A DNA stretch of 64,000 nucleotides from the human T2T-CHM13v2.0 reference genome, Homo sapiens: the NCBI RefSeq assembly GCF_009914755.1, contig NC_060925.1. One strand, given 5' to 3'. This document shows positions 42,084 to 62,923 of this stretch, piece by piece (position 1 is the stretch's first letter; every line of letters starts with the position of its first letter). Below the pieces are notes generated by a model, which saw nothing but the letters and a program-made list of their open reading frames with translations, was not told the DNA's origin and did no database searches. The position numbers and the translations under genes are program-made.

Positions 42084-43259
42084 TGACAAGGATAAACCAT
42101 TTTGTTTTTGTTTATTGTTTTATTTATTTTGATGTCAATGTCTTTTTATATCCTCTGTTCACTTAATTTGGGAGGTCTTGAAGTTTTTTCTTGCACATAG
42201 AAATGAGCTTGCATATGCATGTGTGCATGTATTTAATATGATGTTTGATACAAATATTTTTTCACTCTATTGGTTTATTGTTTTAGTTTTGTAATTCTTT
42301 GTTATTCTTTCATAGAAGTTTTGACACACTATTTTGTTTTAACTAAGTTTGCTGTAATTAATAGGAAGGAAATCTGTTACTTTCTTTTGTGCTCTGCTGT
42401 TATAGATTATCTTTATTACATATATATATATATAGTCTTATAGAAATAGAATGTTTATTAGAAAAAATTTAACACAAATAGTAAAATAAAATGATTCACT
42501 AATCCCACCATTCAGAGATGACTATTGTTAAATGTACTTTGATTTCTACTTTTTTTGGGTTTAATGGCTATTTTATTTTGTTTTATTTTATTTAACACAA
42601 GGTCACATTCTGTCACCCTGGCCAGAGTGCAGTGGCACAGTCATGCTCACTGTAGCCTCCACCTCCGAGGCTCAAGCCATCCTTCCCACTCCAGCTTCTG
42701 AATAGCTCGGACTACAGGCACATGCCACTATGCCTGGCTAATTTTTGTATTTTTTGCAGAGATGGGGTTTTGCCATGTTGCCCAGGCTGGTCTTGAGCTC
42801 CTTGTTTTGTTCAAGCAATCCTCCCACCTTGAGATTACAGACATGAGCCACCACGCCTGACCTGATAATTTTTTTTAAAAGGTTGTCTAGTCTTGCTAAG
42901 AATAAGCAAGACGTTTCGTTTACTAATGTCATGATTTAACCAGTTTTAGCTGCTCTGATATTAAAAGGTGTTTTTGTTAATATACTTCTAAAATATTGGA
43001 AATAATCAGAGCTGGGTGGGGAGAGAGAACTAAGCCCAAAATCTCTAATTTACAATGCTGTAACATTTTGAAAGACCAATCTTGTTTTTGATTTCTACTT
43101 TTTAAAAAAGTGTCATAGTGCACTTTGTTTTTCACTTTAAAGTTTTATATATTGTGAGCATATGGTTTTCTTTAAATACTGACGTGTTAGGTGGACTTTT
43201 AAATATAGAAACATTTTAAATGTTCATTGAGTGCTCTAAAATAATACATATTTAGTGTG

Positions 43260-43620
43260 TGTATTAGTTTGTTCTCACACTGCCAAAAAGGAATACCCAA
43301 GAATGGGTAATTTAAAAAGGAAAGAGGTTTAATTGACACAGTTCTGCATGGATAGGGAGGCCTCAGGAAACCTACATTCATGGCAGAAGGGGAAGCAGGC
43401 ACATCTTACATGGCTGCAGGAGGGAGAGGTGTGAAGGGGGAACTTCCAAACACTTTTAAAACCATCAGCTCTCATGAGAACTCCCTCACTATCATAAGAA
43501 TAGCATGGGCGAAACTGCCCGCCATGATCCAATCACCTCCCAACAGGCCCCTCCCTCAATATCTGGGGATTACAATTCAAGATGAGATTTGGGTGGGGAC
43601 ACAAAGCCAAACCATATCAG
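43260..43620. mobile_element. MaLR LTR (THE1/MSTA-like)
   Basis: TGTATTAGTTTGTTCTCACACTGC...GGGGACACAAAGCCAAACCATATCA. Confidence 0.85.
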
Positions 43621-43904
43621 TGTGTAAAGATGCAATTCAACAAATGTGTATGAGCACTTCACAAATGCAAGATACGATTTGGTATAGGGTGGAATCAAGA
43701 GGAGGCAAGTATCATGGGAGTTTTATAAGAATCTTGGCAGGCAAAATTCAGGACAGTTACCCCAGTCCATGAAGAGAGATTCTCCTTTTATTGCCAAGAT
43801 GGGGCTTTCTTACTTGCTGTTCCATTTTATTCTAGTTTGTTATGCTTTCAAAAGTGTGAATCTGTCTGGAATGTATTGCAATAGCACTTACCAAGTGTGT
43901 CCCT

Positions 43905-47600
<3,696 letters not shown>

Positions 47601-49042
47601 TATTCTTTTTTTTTTCTGTAGTGCTTATTACCTTCTAACATACTATATAATTTACTTGTTTGCCTCCCCCCTGCTAAACTGTAAACCCCAAGAGGACAAG
47701 GACCTTTGTGTATTTTGTTTATTAGTGTGTCCCAAGCATACAAAACAGTGATTATCCAAATATGTATTAAATGGCAACCTAATTCTGAAACTGGATTTTT
47801 GTTTTGGAGTGTATGCTGAATCATGGTAGCATTGACCTTCAGTTTTGATATCTGTGTGGGTTCCTAGGGCCTAGTCAAGATGGAGAATCCAATAGGATGC
47901 CCTTACATAGAGCTGAGAACCCAAAAGAAGTACATCCTTAGTGTAAGAGTCAACTAGAGAAAAAAGCCCATTCTACAGAGAATGGCAGCAAGAAAACTTC
48001 ACTGTTTTGATCTTGGTAGTGATTGGAAGAGAGAAAAAAATTGAGATTTTGTAACCACAAGCCAGCCTTCTTTTGGGCTTATGGCCCAAATTCACATTAA
48101 CTATGGTCTGAAAAACCTTAAGCCTCAAAATAATTTCATCTAGCAGAAGCAAACAAATTCTCTCTGGAGGAGGAATCTTCAGTTTAGGCTTCTCACTGAT
48201 AAGGTTTCAAAGTACATGAGCTCACAGTCAAAAATCACAACATACAAAGAAACAAGTCATCGTGAGGAAGAACCGCAAAAGCAATAGGTAGCAGATCAGA
48301 CCTGCGTTTACTTCATATATTGGAATTATCAGGTGCTAACATTCTTTTACAATGTTTGAAGAAATAAGAAATTGAAAATATGACCAAAGAATAAGTGAAT
48401 ATAAAAATATGTTGTAGCAGATTTTAAAAAGGATTAAATAGAACTAGAAATGAAAAATATGAAAATTGAAATTATGGCCAGGGTAAGCAGCATATTAGAG
48501 ACAACAGAAGAGAGAATGAGAGAATGGGAAGATAGAGTTGAAGAAAGTATCCAAATGTAGCACAGAGACAAAAAGATATAAAATAGGAAAGGCTAAGGAA
48601 ATGGTGCATAGAGTCAGAAGGCATAATGTCCAATCATAGTTTCAGGAAGAGACTGTATCAGGATACAAATGTCACACTAGTAATTTGAACAGGGAAATTT
48701 TAACATAAAGAATGGTTAACTGTAAAGGTGGTTCATTACAATTACTAAAAGGGGTAAAATCAGCTACCACCCCTGGTCCTGAGGGAGAGTGAAGAAGGCA
48801 GGAACTTAGAAACACAGAGGAGGAGGGCTCCTCCCTCCAAGGCTGATATTGAAACCTTTGAGGAGAGGCTGCAGTGTCACAGAAACAGCAGTCCACCAGT
48901 GGCAAACTTGTCAGAGGGTGACTACTGCAACAATCCATGCAGCACAGAAGCAGCCTGCTGCTGAGTGGGGGAGAATCTTGCTGGAAGGTGCAGGCCAGGG
49001 CTGAACTGTGAAGGCCACTAAGGCGAATGCTACCATGTACTT

Positions 49043-49293
49043 GCTGGGTAACCTTAGGCAAGTTACTTAATCTCTCTGAGTCTTACTTCTCTAGCTTGGA
49101 AAATGAGGGGGCTGAACTTTAATTACTAATGTTGCTTCTTTTTTTGAAGTGAGGCCATTCCAGTGTATCTTCACAAAGTTAGAGTTGGTTCCTTATTGAA
49201 ATGGTCTGTCTTCATTGTGGGGTTTTGTTTTGATTTTTCTGTAGTTTTGATCAAGAATAGATGGTACAGCTATTGAATGCCACGTTGAGATGT
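49043..49293 (+). repeat. Old local duplication copy A (MIR + flank), pair of 51534-51753
   Basis: Shared TAACCTTAGGCAA...GGGCTGAACTT...TCTTCATTGTGGGGTTTTGTTTTG...AAGAATAGATG. Confidence 0.85.
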
Positions 49294-49466
49294 TAAAATG
49301 TAAATGTATAGAGTAACCACTACAAGAATAGAAATAAGATAATATAACTTCTAACACAGAAAGTAATTAAAATAGTTTAGTTTTGATCCCAGCATAAGAA
49401 ATAGACCAGCTGAGGCAAACTGGGGGGAATATTGAAACACATATATAATTGATAAGAGATTAGTAG

Positions 49467-49778
<312 letters not shown>

Positions 49779-50802
49779 TGAAGAATTCTTAAGTAAGGAA
49801 TAGAGACAAACAAGAATCTCAAGAAAATAAGGAAAAAAGCAACCCAATAGAAATACAGGCAAGAGACTTTACCGGGCAATTCACAGAAGATAAACTGAAA
49901 AGGTGCTCAGTGGTAATCAAGGAAATGCAAATAAAAGTGAAAACGAGATACCATTTCATAACAACTAGATTAGAAAAACATTAAAAGCATGATAATGCCA
50001 ACTGTTGGTGAGGATATGGTGTAGTTGGGTCCTTAGGCACTGCTAGGTGGCAGTGGTGTATCACTACTTTGGGAAACAAGTAGGCATTATTCAGATAAAT
50101 TTGCACATATGTATGTCCTACATTACAGCAAGTTCCTAGGCCTATATTGTAAAGAAACTCTTGGCATGTGTGTTCGAGGAGATATATCAGAACATATATA
50201 TCTTTATAATATAAAACATTGGAAATGACCTTAATGTTTATTGGCAGGGTAGCAGAAACATAAATTATGGTGTATTCTGTACAGTGAATTCTATACAGTG
50301 TATTGTGAACTTGTAGAGATTACATACTCTATAATTTATATAAATCTCAAAAGTGTGCAAAACTAAACAATACATTGTTTAGGGTTAGGTACACTCATGG
50401 AAAACAAAGTAAGAAAATGATGAACATGAAAGTGAGGATGGTGGTTACCTCTAAAGAGGTTAGGAAAGAGGAGATGTCATTGGAGTGGGCACATAGGGAG
50501 TTTCAAAGATACTGGAAATTTTATCTTTCTTCAGTTGGGTGGTAAGTACACAGATATTCATTTTATTGTCATTCGTTATATCTTAGACATGATACAAATA
50601 TTCTTTTGTATAAATTATTTAACAAAAACTGAGTTTGTCATTTGCTTTATTATTATTCTTTGATAGGCTCACATTTATTCTTTTATCACATTATTTCTAA
50701 TGTTTAGAAAAACATCCTGGGGATTTTAATTAGTAATAGTTTATTTAATCTAGTTATTAAATTAGGGAGAATTCTCTTTTTTGCTTTACTAAGTTTTTCT
50801 AG

Positions 50803-51143
<341 letters not shown>

Positions 51144-51533
51144 GGTTTTATTATTTTTTTATTGTTTTATTTGAATAAGTATTACTGTGGCCCAAGTACA
51201 TCCAAGAATGTAATAGCTTAATGCTTTCACTACTATTGTGAGTGAAAACTTTTCCCTGTGTTTTTGAGCTGAGATGCTGGCTTGCATTCTAAAATTCATT
51301 GATTTCCTCTAGTAACCACACCCACCCCCTTAAGATTTTCCAGGTGGGCAAATACGTTATCTGCAGTGTAATATTTTATTTCTTCATCTTCTATGTATTA
51401 TGCTTTTTTGTTTCTTTTTTTCTGATAGCTATTGCTAGCATTTCTCATCATATATAAAATGGGAATGATGACAGAAAGCTTCAGACTTGGAATCAGAAGA
51501 CATGGGTTTGAGACCTGGCTCTGCCATAGACCA

Positions 51534-51753
51534 GCTGAGTAACCTTAGGCAAAGCAAGCTACTTAATCTCTCTGAGCCTTATTTCTCTAGTTTCTCCATT
51601 TGGAAAATGACAGGGCTGAACTTCAGTGTATCTCAATGAAGTCAGAGTTGGATCATTATTTAAAATAGTCTCTCTTCATTGTGGGGTTTTGTTTTGTCTG
51701 TAGTTTTAATAAAGAATAGATGCTACGGGCTACTTCATGGTATGTTGACATGT
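51534..51753 (+). repeat. Old local duplication copy B
   Basis: See 49043-49293. Confidence 0.85.
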
Positions 51754-51992
51754 ATTGGGAAAATTAAACTTGAACTGTAGATCTATATTTTCCATGTTAT
51801 GAAGCCAGTGATTGACTTCTCTCCTGTTGTCTGCACCTTTCATTTTAGAGATAATATGACTGTGAATTTGGTTAGCTAAGATTTCATGTCAGGTTTTTGC
51901 CTATATATTCACAAGTGAGATTTTGGCCATAGGGTTTTTTTTTCTTTTTATCTCATTTTTGTCTTTTAAAATATTTTTGTACGAATTATTGA

Positions 51993-52818
<826 letters not shown>

Positions 52819-53298
52819 TATTGATTTATTCTTTAAAAGTTGAAGAATTATTTAGGGATTCCATCAAGGCCGTGCACCTTTTTCAATGTTTGACCTTGTT
52901 TTTTCTGTGGCTCTGTCAGACATATGTGCCTTTGAAGAAGGCAGCTAGGTGCAGCCAGGAGGCTCCTTGTCTGGGACTGCCCAGAGTTCTACTAACTCCC
53001 CCTAGAGCCTTGGGCAGGTCACCTTCCCTCTCTGAGTTTTCTCATCTGTAAAATGGGAATGCAATCATGCCACCTGCCTCCCAGATAAGGTATGAAGTGG
53101 TGGTGGTATGCTTTGTAAATGAGGAACCCCCTGCCCTCTCTCACAGAGGGGCCTAGTGGCTGGCAGACTGGGCATCTTGGATTTTTGCAGATGCTTGTCC
53201 ATTTCCACTCAGACTTGTAAAAATAGCTGAGATTTACAAGCTTGTTGCCACAGCTTTTAGAATATTTATTTCACAGATTCCTTAAAAAAAAAAAAATA

Positions 53299-53626
<328 letters not shown>

Positions 53627-55778
53627 TTATGTCATGTGAAGATTTAAAATCTTTTTTCACCTAATTTTTTAAAATTTACACCACTAATAACAAGTGAGGG
53701 AATGCTAACTTCTTATAATCCAAGGGTGCCTTTTCTCTTTACCATGGAAGAATCTTTAAAATTTATTTTCCCAAAGATCCTTGTAGATTCATTTATAGAG
53801 CATCCCCTCCACTCATCTTTAAACATTAGCTTAATGTTTTTCAATGAGTGGGGCTAAGGGAAATAATTCAGACCACTTGAGGTTAATTTTATTCATCAAC
53901 AAAAAGTTTATAAACAAGAATGTTCAGTTATATGAACAAGGATATACAGTATTCCTTTGTCTCCCCTTCTTAGAATGGGAGCTTCATGACCACAGGAATT
54001 TTATTTTGTGTGTGTGTTTACTGCTGCATCTCCAGCTCCTAGATCACAGCCTGGCAATTAGTAGGTGCTCAATAAGTACTTGTTGAATGAATGAATTCCT
54101 GAAGATTGGATAGCTATCATTCTTAACTTACATAATGTACATATTTTTCTTTATTAATGGGACTAATAGCTTATTAACTTTTTATCAAATATATGAGCAC
54201 TATTTCTGCTTATGGAAACTGCGACTTTTCTTTCTCAATTTTACTCATTCCTGCTCTGGCTAAGGTATTGAAACGCCTTTCCTTTTTTCTCTGCTGGTCT
54301 TCTCTGTTGCTTCCATCTATGCCCTTTGGATGGCTTCCATTCATATCCTTTTTCTCCCCTTTGTCATTCTTTCTCTTTCTCATCACTCATATATTCCCCA
54401 TTCTTTAATTCATTTATTTAAAAATATTATTTGAATAAGCACCTAATGGATGCCAGCCTGCTAGGCATTGAGGAGATGGGGATGACAAGACCTACACATC
54501 CCCTGGGCTCATGGAATTTATAGTCTTCAGGGAAGACAGGCCTGAGCAGATATTTCACAAATATTTATGAATTATGGTAAATACTACGAAAGCAAAGCTT
54601 GAGGGAGCATGGAGCTTTAGGAAAGGCTTCCCTGAAGCCATTTTAGCTGAGATCTAAAGGAGAAATAGGAATTTGCAAATTTGGGGCCTCAGGGAATAGC
54701 ATGGGGGAAAGTAGGAGGTATGGGAAGGGAAGTAGGGTTTACCTGGGGAGCCCAGAGCAACTGGAGTAACTGGAGCACAGCAAGTGCAGTGATGGGAGAA
54801 GAGGCCTCTCAGAGGGCACAGTCATCATCATCCACATTTCAGTGGTGACTCTAGGATCTGCCTGGCAAGATCCCTGCCTACACTGTGGCAAATGGCACTG
54901 ATAACTTGGTTGTCCAGAGTCTGTTACAAATTTCTGGATTTGGAAATCATTTAAGAAAAAATCTTAAATTTTATGTCATTGGTAGTTGTGTCTTTGGGCA
55001 AGTCATTTAAGCTGTCAGAGCCTCCATTTTTCTGAAATGGGAGTAATTGTGTCTACTCTGTGGGGTCCTCTGTGACCTCTGCCAGGTCCCCCTGTGATTG
55101 TTGTTGGAAGTCCATCTTTCTCATTAGACTGAGGGCCTGAGGGAGGGTGAGTCTAGCCTGGTATACTGCTGGCTCCTGTTGTGGGGCCTGGCATGGAGTG
55201 AGGACATCTGGGAGGGCTTCATAGACGAGGGAGCCCCAGGGCTGGGCTCAGAAGACAGGCTAGATTTGAGGGTCGGGGAAGGGCTGTAGAGGTGTGGACA
55301 TATCGACGTCTGGAAAGAGGCCAGTGAAGACCAAAGTGCAGAGGTGGTAACAACAGCAATCACAACAATAAGTTACAATTGTGCTGACTTTCTGTGCACC
55401 CTCGCCGTGTGCCGCCACTGTTCTACATGCTCTCCATACACTAACTCATTTATCCTTGCAGTAACCTTACGAGGTAGGTACTGTTGTTATCCCCATTTTA
55501 CAAATGAGCAAACTGAGACATGGAGAGATTAAGCATTTTGCCCAAGGTCACACAGCTAACAACTGCTGGAACCTGGATTTAAGGCCAGGCATTCGTGACT
55601 TCAGAGTGTAAGAGGCAACGAATGCAGAGAAGTGGGAAGGGCCTTAAATGCTAAGCTAGGAGGCCCATCTAGACTTTATCCTGTTGGCTATGGGAGCCAT
55701 AGAAGGCTTTTGAGGGAGGGAGTGGCAAGGCTGTTGTATGCCCAGGAGAGCTGGCATGGCCATCCCTTCTTCCTACAG

Positions 55779-55993
55779 AAACCATCCACGGAGCAGCCCC
55801 TGTACAGCAGCAGCCTGTGGGGCCCGGCGGTTGATGGCTGTGATTGCGTGGCTGAGGGCCTGTGGCTGCCGCAACTACACGTAGGGGACTGGCTGGTCTT
55901 TGACAACATGGGCGCCTACACTGTGGGCATGGGTTCCCCCTTTTGGGGGACCCAGGCCTGCCACATCACCTATGCCATGTCCCGGGTGGCCTG
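55779..55993 (+). CDS. AZIN2: AZIN2 coding exon 8 (KPSTEQPLYSSSLWGPAVDGCD...FDNMGAYT...)
   Basis: ODC WGPTCDGLD motif altered to WGPAVDGCD; GDW..F.NMGAYT; 215 nt. Confidence 0.97.
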
Positions 55994-57920
55994 GTAAGAG
56001 GGCCCTGCTGGAAAATGGGGGTATGGGGAGGAACTGGGCAGAAACGAGGGAAACTTGAGATTTGAGATTCTGCTTCTGTGTAATCCAACTTGACAAGTAG
56101 CTGTTGGCTGCTGGTCCCACGTGAGGGATGTGCTTGGCACCTGGCTGTGGCCATAAGTGAGGCTGGGCTTTCCTAGAGGAGCTCACAGCCCTGAGGGAGG
56201 CACAGAGAAGCAGACAGGCCCTTGTGATAATACTGTGCCTGGTGGAAGTGCAGAGCCCTCCCTGAGGCCCAGGCCTCCCTGAGGAAGTGGGAGTCAACTA
56301 CAGGAGTGGGTGGTAGGACTTCCCAGAAGAAAGGAACGGAGAGCAAGTGTGGTGCATTCAAGGCTCGCATGGAGAGTGGCTGTGACTGCAGAGGGAGGCA
56401 GGGCTAGATCTGGGAAGGGCTTGAAGGCCGAGTGACACGCTTTGACAGCAGTGGGAGGCATGGACCAGTTTGAAGCAGGGGCATAACACAGTCTGATTTG
56501 CACTTTGGAAAGACCACCCTAGTTCCTGTATAGACTGAGGACAAGGGCAGATGCAGAAAGAGATGACCAGTTAGGTGGCTGCTGTGTGACACAGGAGAGA
56601 CTTGGTCTGCCTGCTTGCTGAGCCTTGGTCTTTCCATCTAGAAAATAAGCGTAACAGTAGCCCTGCCTGCCCCACCAGGCTAGTGCTGGGATCCAGTGAG
56701 GCAAGAGGCATGCAAGATGGGGGAGTCACATCCAGTGAACCCTGACATCAGGCCTTACGTTAGGTGTCGTATGACTATTTCACCCACACAACACTCTGTG
56801 GGGGTCAGCGTTATCACAGAGAGGTCATTCTTCTGAGGTCACGCAGCTAGTCAGTGGTGAAGGGTCCCTCTTTTGGGGTAGGGAGAGGGCCACAGAAAGC
56901 AGGAGCAGTTTGCCCAGGCACATTCAATTCCTCTGCTGTGTCCAGTCTCAGGACTGTCACCAAAGCTGAGACCTGAAGGCTAAGGAGGAATTAGATGAGA
57001 GTTGATGATACAGGCAGAGAGACAAGGATGGATCCAGGCTGGGGAGAGGACATGTGTAAGAGCCCAAAAGGTGGCCATAGTGGATGGCTCAGGTGTGTGG
57101 GCCAGTGTGTCCAGGAGTGGGTGGAAGAGGCGGGTAGAGCCAGATCTTGCAGGGCCTGAGAGCAGAGGGAAATGGCTGGCAGCTCAAGGGCAGGGATTTG
57201 TTTTTTGGAAAGATGAATCTGGGTCCTGGCTGAGAACTGTCTGGAGAGGGCACGAGCAGATCAGGGAGACTGAAATGGTGTTACCCATGGGGATGGAGAC
57301 CATGGGGCACATGAGGATGTTCAGAAGCTGGGCTCAGCAGGGCTCAACTGGGTGTGGGAACAAGATTGCCAACTGTTTACAACTCTGATAGTGGAGCCAT
57401 TGATCAACATGGGTATGTAGGAGGAGAAGCAGTTTGTGGGATTGTTTGAGAGAATGGGATATGATTTTATTTGAAGTCCCAAGCCTGGGGTATGATGAAT
57501 GTGGGCTTTCGAGTGAGAGTTGGGTTCAGTCCTAGTTCTACTACCTACTAGGGATGTGATCTTAGGTAGGTCACTTCTCTCTCTGGGGAACTGATTGATT
57601 ACATCATCAATGCAACGGGGATGGTAATGCCTCCCTCATGGGGTTTTTGGGAAGATACAAATAGATAATATAAGTGCCTGGCATGATGTCTGGCATGTAG
57701 TAAATGCTCGATACATGTGGATTTCTTTCCCTTGTTGAGGGGTGGGGACCACACGGGAGTAGGAAGCAGTTGGGGAGGGGTCAGCAGCCTGTCCCTGCCC
57801 CTGCCCTCAGCTGAGCTCGGGCTCACGTGAGAGCCCTCTGCCCAATGGGGCTGCGTCTCCAGGTACAGGGCCCTGCCAGTCCCATGCTGGCTACTTGCAG
57901 CACCCCTCTCTCACCCCTAG

Positions 57921-58059
57921 GGAAGCGCTGCGAAGGCAGCTGATGGCTGCAGAACAGGAGGATGACGTGGAGGGTGTGTGCAAGCCTCTGTCCTGCGGCT
58001 GGGAGATCACAGACACCCTGTGCGTGGGCCCTGTCTTCACCCCAGCGAGCATCATGTGA
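57921..58059 (+). CDS. AZIN2: AZIN2 last coding exon (EALRRQLMAAE...PLSCGWEITDTLCVGPVFTPASIM*)
   Basis: CCCTAG| acceptor; phase matches; TGA at 58057-58059; total CDS 1383 nt. Confidence 0.95.
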
Positions 58060-58375
58060 GTGGGCCTCGTTCCCCCCGGAGAATCCCAGCGGGGCCTCAG
58101 AGATGCATCTGGGAGAGGTGGGGAAGATGGCAGGCAAGGGTACCCTTGGCCAGGACTCTGGTGCCCACCCTGCCACCCCCGCGCTCCACCTGCAGTGTTT
58201 CTGCCCTGTAAATAGGACCAGTCTTACACTCGCTGTAGTTCAAGTATGCAACATAAATCCTGTTCCTTCCAGCTGTGTCTGCCTCCTCTGCAGTGCAAGG
58301 GGCCTGGTCAGCCAGGTGTGGGGGTGTTCTTGGGGTCTCCTTTGGTCTCCTTCCCACCTTTGTAAATATAATGCA

Positions 58376-58385
58376 AATAAATAAA
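58376..58385 (+). terminator. AZIN2: AZIN2 poly(A) signal (overlapping AATAAA x2)
   Basis: AATAAATAAA about 320 nt after the stop, with upstream TGTA. Confidence 0.88.
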
Positions 58386-59157
58386 TATTTAGGTTTTTAA
58401 AAACTGCAGCGGAATCTGGCAGTTTGATTCACAAAGCAGCCTGGGCTAGGCCTGGGGCAGGATTTCCCCATCACTCACTGATGAGCCCACACCCTCTGCT
58501 TTAGTCCTGAGCCCTGGCTGCAGCGTGTGCCTCCCCCACTAGTACTCACCTTATCTGACTCATCTCTCTCCTCCTCATGGGCCTCCAGGCCTGGTGCCAT
58601 AAGGAAGGGGCTGCTGTCAGGGACTGAGATGGGCAGTTACGTAGCTCATAACTGGTGAATGGCCTTTGGGTCAGCCCAACACCCAGCTTAAGGCCTGGCC
58701 CAGAGTAGGGGCAATGGAGTATTTAACACAGCTGTGGAAATTCATACTGAAGATACAGAGCCAAGAAATGGGTGTGTGGGAGGTTTTGAGTGGACCCTGC
58801 ACCCTTGCTCTCCCTGCAGGTTGGCAAGGCAGTCAGAGTAAAGCAGACACCTGGTGGTCGCTTTTGCTTCTTTGGGCAGTGCCTGTTAGAACAGGGCTGG
58901 CCACGGAGTATTGCTGTGTCCAGTGCCGACAGCCCTGGCATCCCCTGAGACTGGCAGTGCTTATCAGGACAAAGGCTCCTTCACACTGCCGGGTTCCCAA
59001 ATTATGCCCCGGGGTGTGTGAGCTGTTGAGCAAAGGAGTTCAGATTTTAGAGTCCCCCTCAGTGGCTGCAGGGGACTCTAAATATTTTTCTGCTGCAATT
59101 AAAAGATTTGAGATGTAATTCATATGCAATCATCAAATTCACCCTTTTAAATGCAGA

Positions 59158-59476
59158 AGCCTGGGTGCAGTGGCTCACACCTGTAATCCCAGCACTTTGG
59201 GAGGCTGAGGCAGGTGATCACCTGAGGTCAGGAGTTCGAGACCAGCCTGGCCAACATGGCAAAACCCCGTCTCTACTAAAAATACAAAAATTAGCCAGGT
59301 GTGGTGGTATGTGCCTGTAATTCCAGCTACTCAGGAGGCTGAGGCAGGAGAATCACTTGAACAGGGAGGTGGAGGTCGCAGTGAGCCGAGGTTGCAGTGA
59401 GCCGAGATTGCACCACTGCACTCCAGCCTGGGCGACTGAGCGAGACCCTGCCTCAAATAAAGAAATAAATAAATAA
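59158..59476 (+). mobile_element. Alu with short internal duplication
   Basis: GAGGTCGCAGTGAGCC / GAGGTTGCAGTGAGCC in tandem. Confidence 0.88.
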
Positions 59477-61459
59477 AGTGGAGAAGTTAGTGGTTTCTGG
59501 TGTATTCAGAGTTGTGTAACCATCACCCTAGAAAGAAATCCCATACCCATTAGCAGTCACTCTCCATTTTTCCCATTCCCCAGTCCCTGATGACACAAAT
59601 CTACCTTCCATCTCTATGGATTTGCTTATTCTGGACATTGTATTGTGATGGATTTTCTATCTTCACTTGAGCTTCTCTCTAGGTAAGCCTGACCATCCTG
59701 CTTCAGTATCTCAGCCAGTCCTGGTGGGAACTGTACGTGGCTTTGAGGTCATCTCATGAGGCAATGTGGCATGGGTTTGGAGTGAACGAGGTGCTTTCTC
59801 AAAGCCAGGGGTGTCTCCCTTTTCCAGGTGGGATCTAGTTTTCGGTATCTTGACAATAAATAGGCTGAAAGCTTGGGACATCAAAAGACTCAGGGCAATC
59901 AGAAAGGGTTACTCTACTACCCCGTGATCCATCAAAGCCACGATTTACAGGTATTACCATGCCAGTAATTGTCTATCAGACTCTGAGACTTCTTCCATCT
60001 CAGATCTCCAAGCACTCATACTTCTTTTGCGGAGAGGGACATAGGTTTTCTGCTGGAACCAGGCATCTGCTGTGAAAAGCGCAGGAATCCTGGGAAGATC
60101 TCATGGCTGGCTACAGTGAGACCCAGGTGTAGCTGATTCCCTCTTCTGAGCAAGTCCACTGAGGGGGCATTCTGTGGCTTTTGAAATGACAGTGGCTGTC
60201 ATGGAGTTTGGATGGATTTCTCACTGGAGCCTTTCTAGTGTTTCATGTTCCATTTGCAGCAAGGATGTGAAATTTACTTTTCCAAGAAAGATACACGCAG
60301 AACTTGATGTGGCTTACTTGAGGATAATAGTTAATAGTCATTTTTTCCCAGTTATTTGTTTTTGTTTCTTATTTCAATCTTTTTCTAAAGAGAAGAAAAA
60401 AGCCTGAAATGTGGAGAATGGTAAGGGGCTTCAGGCTTGTGCAGGCGAATCTAAGCAGGGGTCTCCTGGACCCCTGGCTGCATGGGCACTGCCTCCTCCA
60501 AGCTCCCTGCTGAGCGACCCACTGGCAGTGGCTCCTCATGCCTCCTGGCTGCCTTGGAAGTCAGATGTTCCTGTTGGCCTATCACAGACCCATCCTTCCC
60601 TGGGGCATCACCTGAGGAACATCCTCTTCCCAATGCCTCCCTACAACCCACCTGTGCCTCCTGAAGCCCCTCCTGCGCGCACACTCACTCTCTCTCATTC
60701 TCTCCTTCAAGGAGTTAACAGATCTGAGCTTCCATCTTCTCATACTCAGGACTGGCCCCTTCTTCCCCTTTCCCCTCCACAGTCCATCCTCCACTCAGCA
60801 GCCAGATGCCGTACCTCCTGGGATTCCGTTTCACCAAGAATGAAATTTAAAGTCCTTGGCCAGCTGGCTCTCTGACTCCCACACTTCCCTCTCACGCACT
60901 GGGTCCTGGCCACACTGGCCTCCCCTCTGTTCTTCAAACACTCCACTGCTGGGCATGCATTTACTGTCCCCTCTCTAGAATGATCTTCCTGGGTTATCTG
61001 TGGGCCTCACTCACTTCATTCAGGTTCTGTGCAAATGTTTTCTTTAGGTGAAGCCTTCTGGATCACCCTTTAGAAAATAGCATGTCCTAGTCTCTCTCTT
61101 TTCTCTTAACTAGTTTTCTTTTTCTTCATAGTACCTACCACCACTCAACATACTCTATAACATAACTCCATAATGTGTTCCATAACACAAGGGCAACTGT
61201 CAGCCCTTCTAGAATGTGAGCTCTAGGCTCTTGGAATAAACCTGATTTATTTTTTCACTGCTGTGTCCTTATTACCTAGAACGGAGTAGGTGTTCAAAAA
61301 GTATATGCTGGATGGGCAAATGAATAAACATGTCTGAATCTGTCTGAATAAACATGCTCTTAACCTGTCTGAATCTGTTTACTCATTTGTACAATGTGGC
61401 TGATAACTTTATTTCCCTCAGAGGGTTATTGTGAAGATTAAATAAGAAAATGGGTATAA

Positions 61460-62146
<687 letters not shown>

Positions 62147-62400
62147 TCACAGAGGACCTTGAATTACAAAGCCAGGAGTTTGAACTTAATTCTGTAGGCA
62201 GTAGGGAGCCCGCTATGCTTCTGGAGCAGAAGAAGCACGTCAGGATCTTTGGGAAGATTAATTGAAAGTGTATTCAAAATAAAAAAAAGAAAAAAAAGTA
62301 TACTCAAAAGGGGTGGAGGGAGGAGACCTTCAGGGCTGGTAGTGGCATGTACTTCCTTCACCTCTGCCCACAGTCTGAAAGGCAGACCCAGTCAGGAAAC

Positions 62401-62923
62401 TTTTTTTTTTATTATACTTTAAGTTCTAGGGTACATGTGCACAACGTGCAGGTTTGTTACATATGTATACATGTGCCATGTTGGTGTGCTGCACCCATTA
62501 ACTCATCATTTACATTAGGTATATCTTCTAATGCTATCCCTCCCCCGTCCCCCAACCCCACGACAGGCCTCGGTGTGTGGTGTTCCCCAACCTGTGTCCA
62601 AGTGCTCTCATTGTTCAATTCCCACCTATGAGTGAGAACATGCAGTATTTGGTTTTTTGTTCTTGTGATAGTTTGCTCAGAATGATGGTTTCCAGTTTCA
62701 TCCATGTCCCTACAAAGGACAGGAACTCATCCTTTTTTATGGCTGCATAGTATTCCATGGTGTATATGTGCCACATTTTCTTAATCCAGTCTATCATTGA
62801 TGGACATTTGGGTTGGTTCCAAGTCTTTGCTATTGTGAACAGTGCCACAATAAACATACGTGTGCATGCATCTTTATAGCAGCATGATTTATAATCCTTT
62901 GGGTATATACCCAGTAATGGGAT
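62401..62923 (-). mobile_element. 5'-truncated L1PA 3' end
   Basis: Poly-T + ATTATACTTTAAGTTCTAGGGTACATGTGCACAACGTGCAGG; TSD CAGGAAACTTT at 62393 and 62929. Confidence 0.93.

Noticed and set aside
59640-60320. Non-Alu stretch downstream of AZIN2 with a short minus-strand peptide FPPGLAEILKQ
   Set aside because: Frame is closed by a nearby stop, with no splice or processed-pseudogene hallmarks and no family I can recognise
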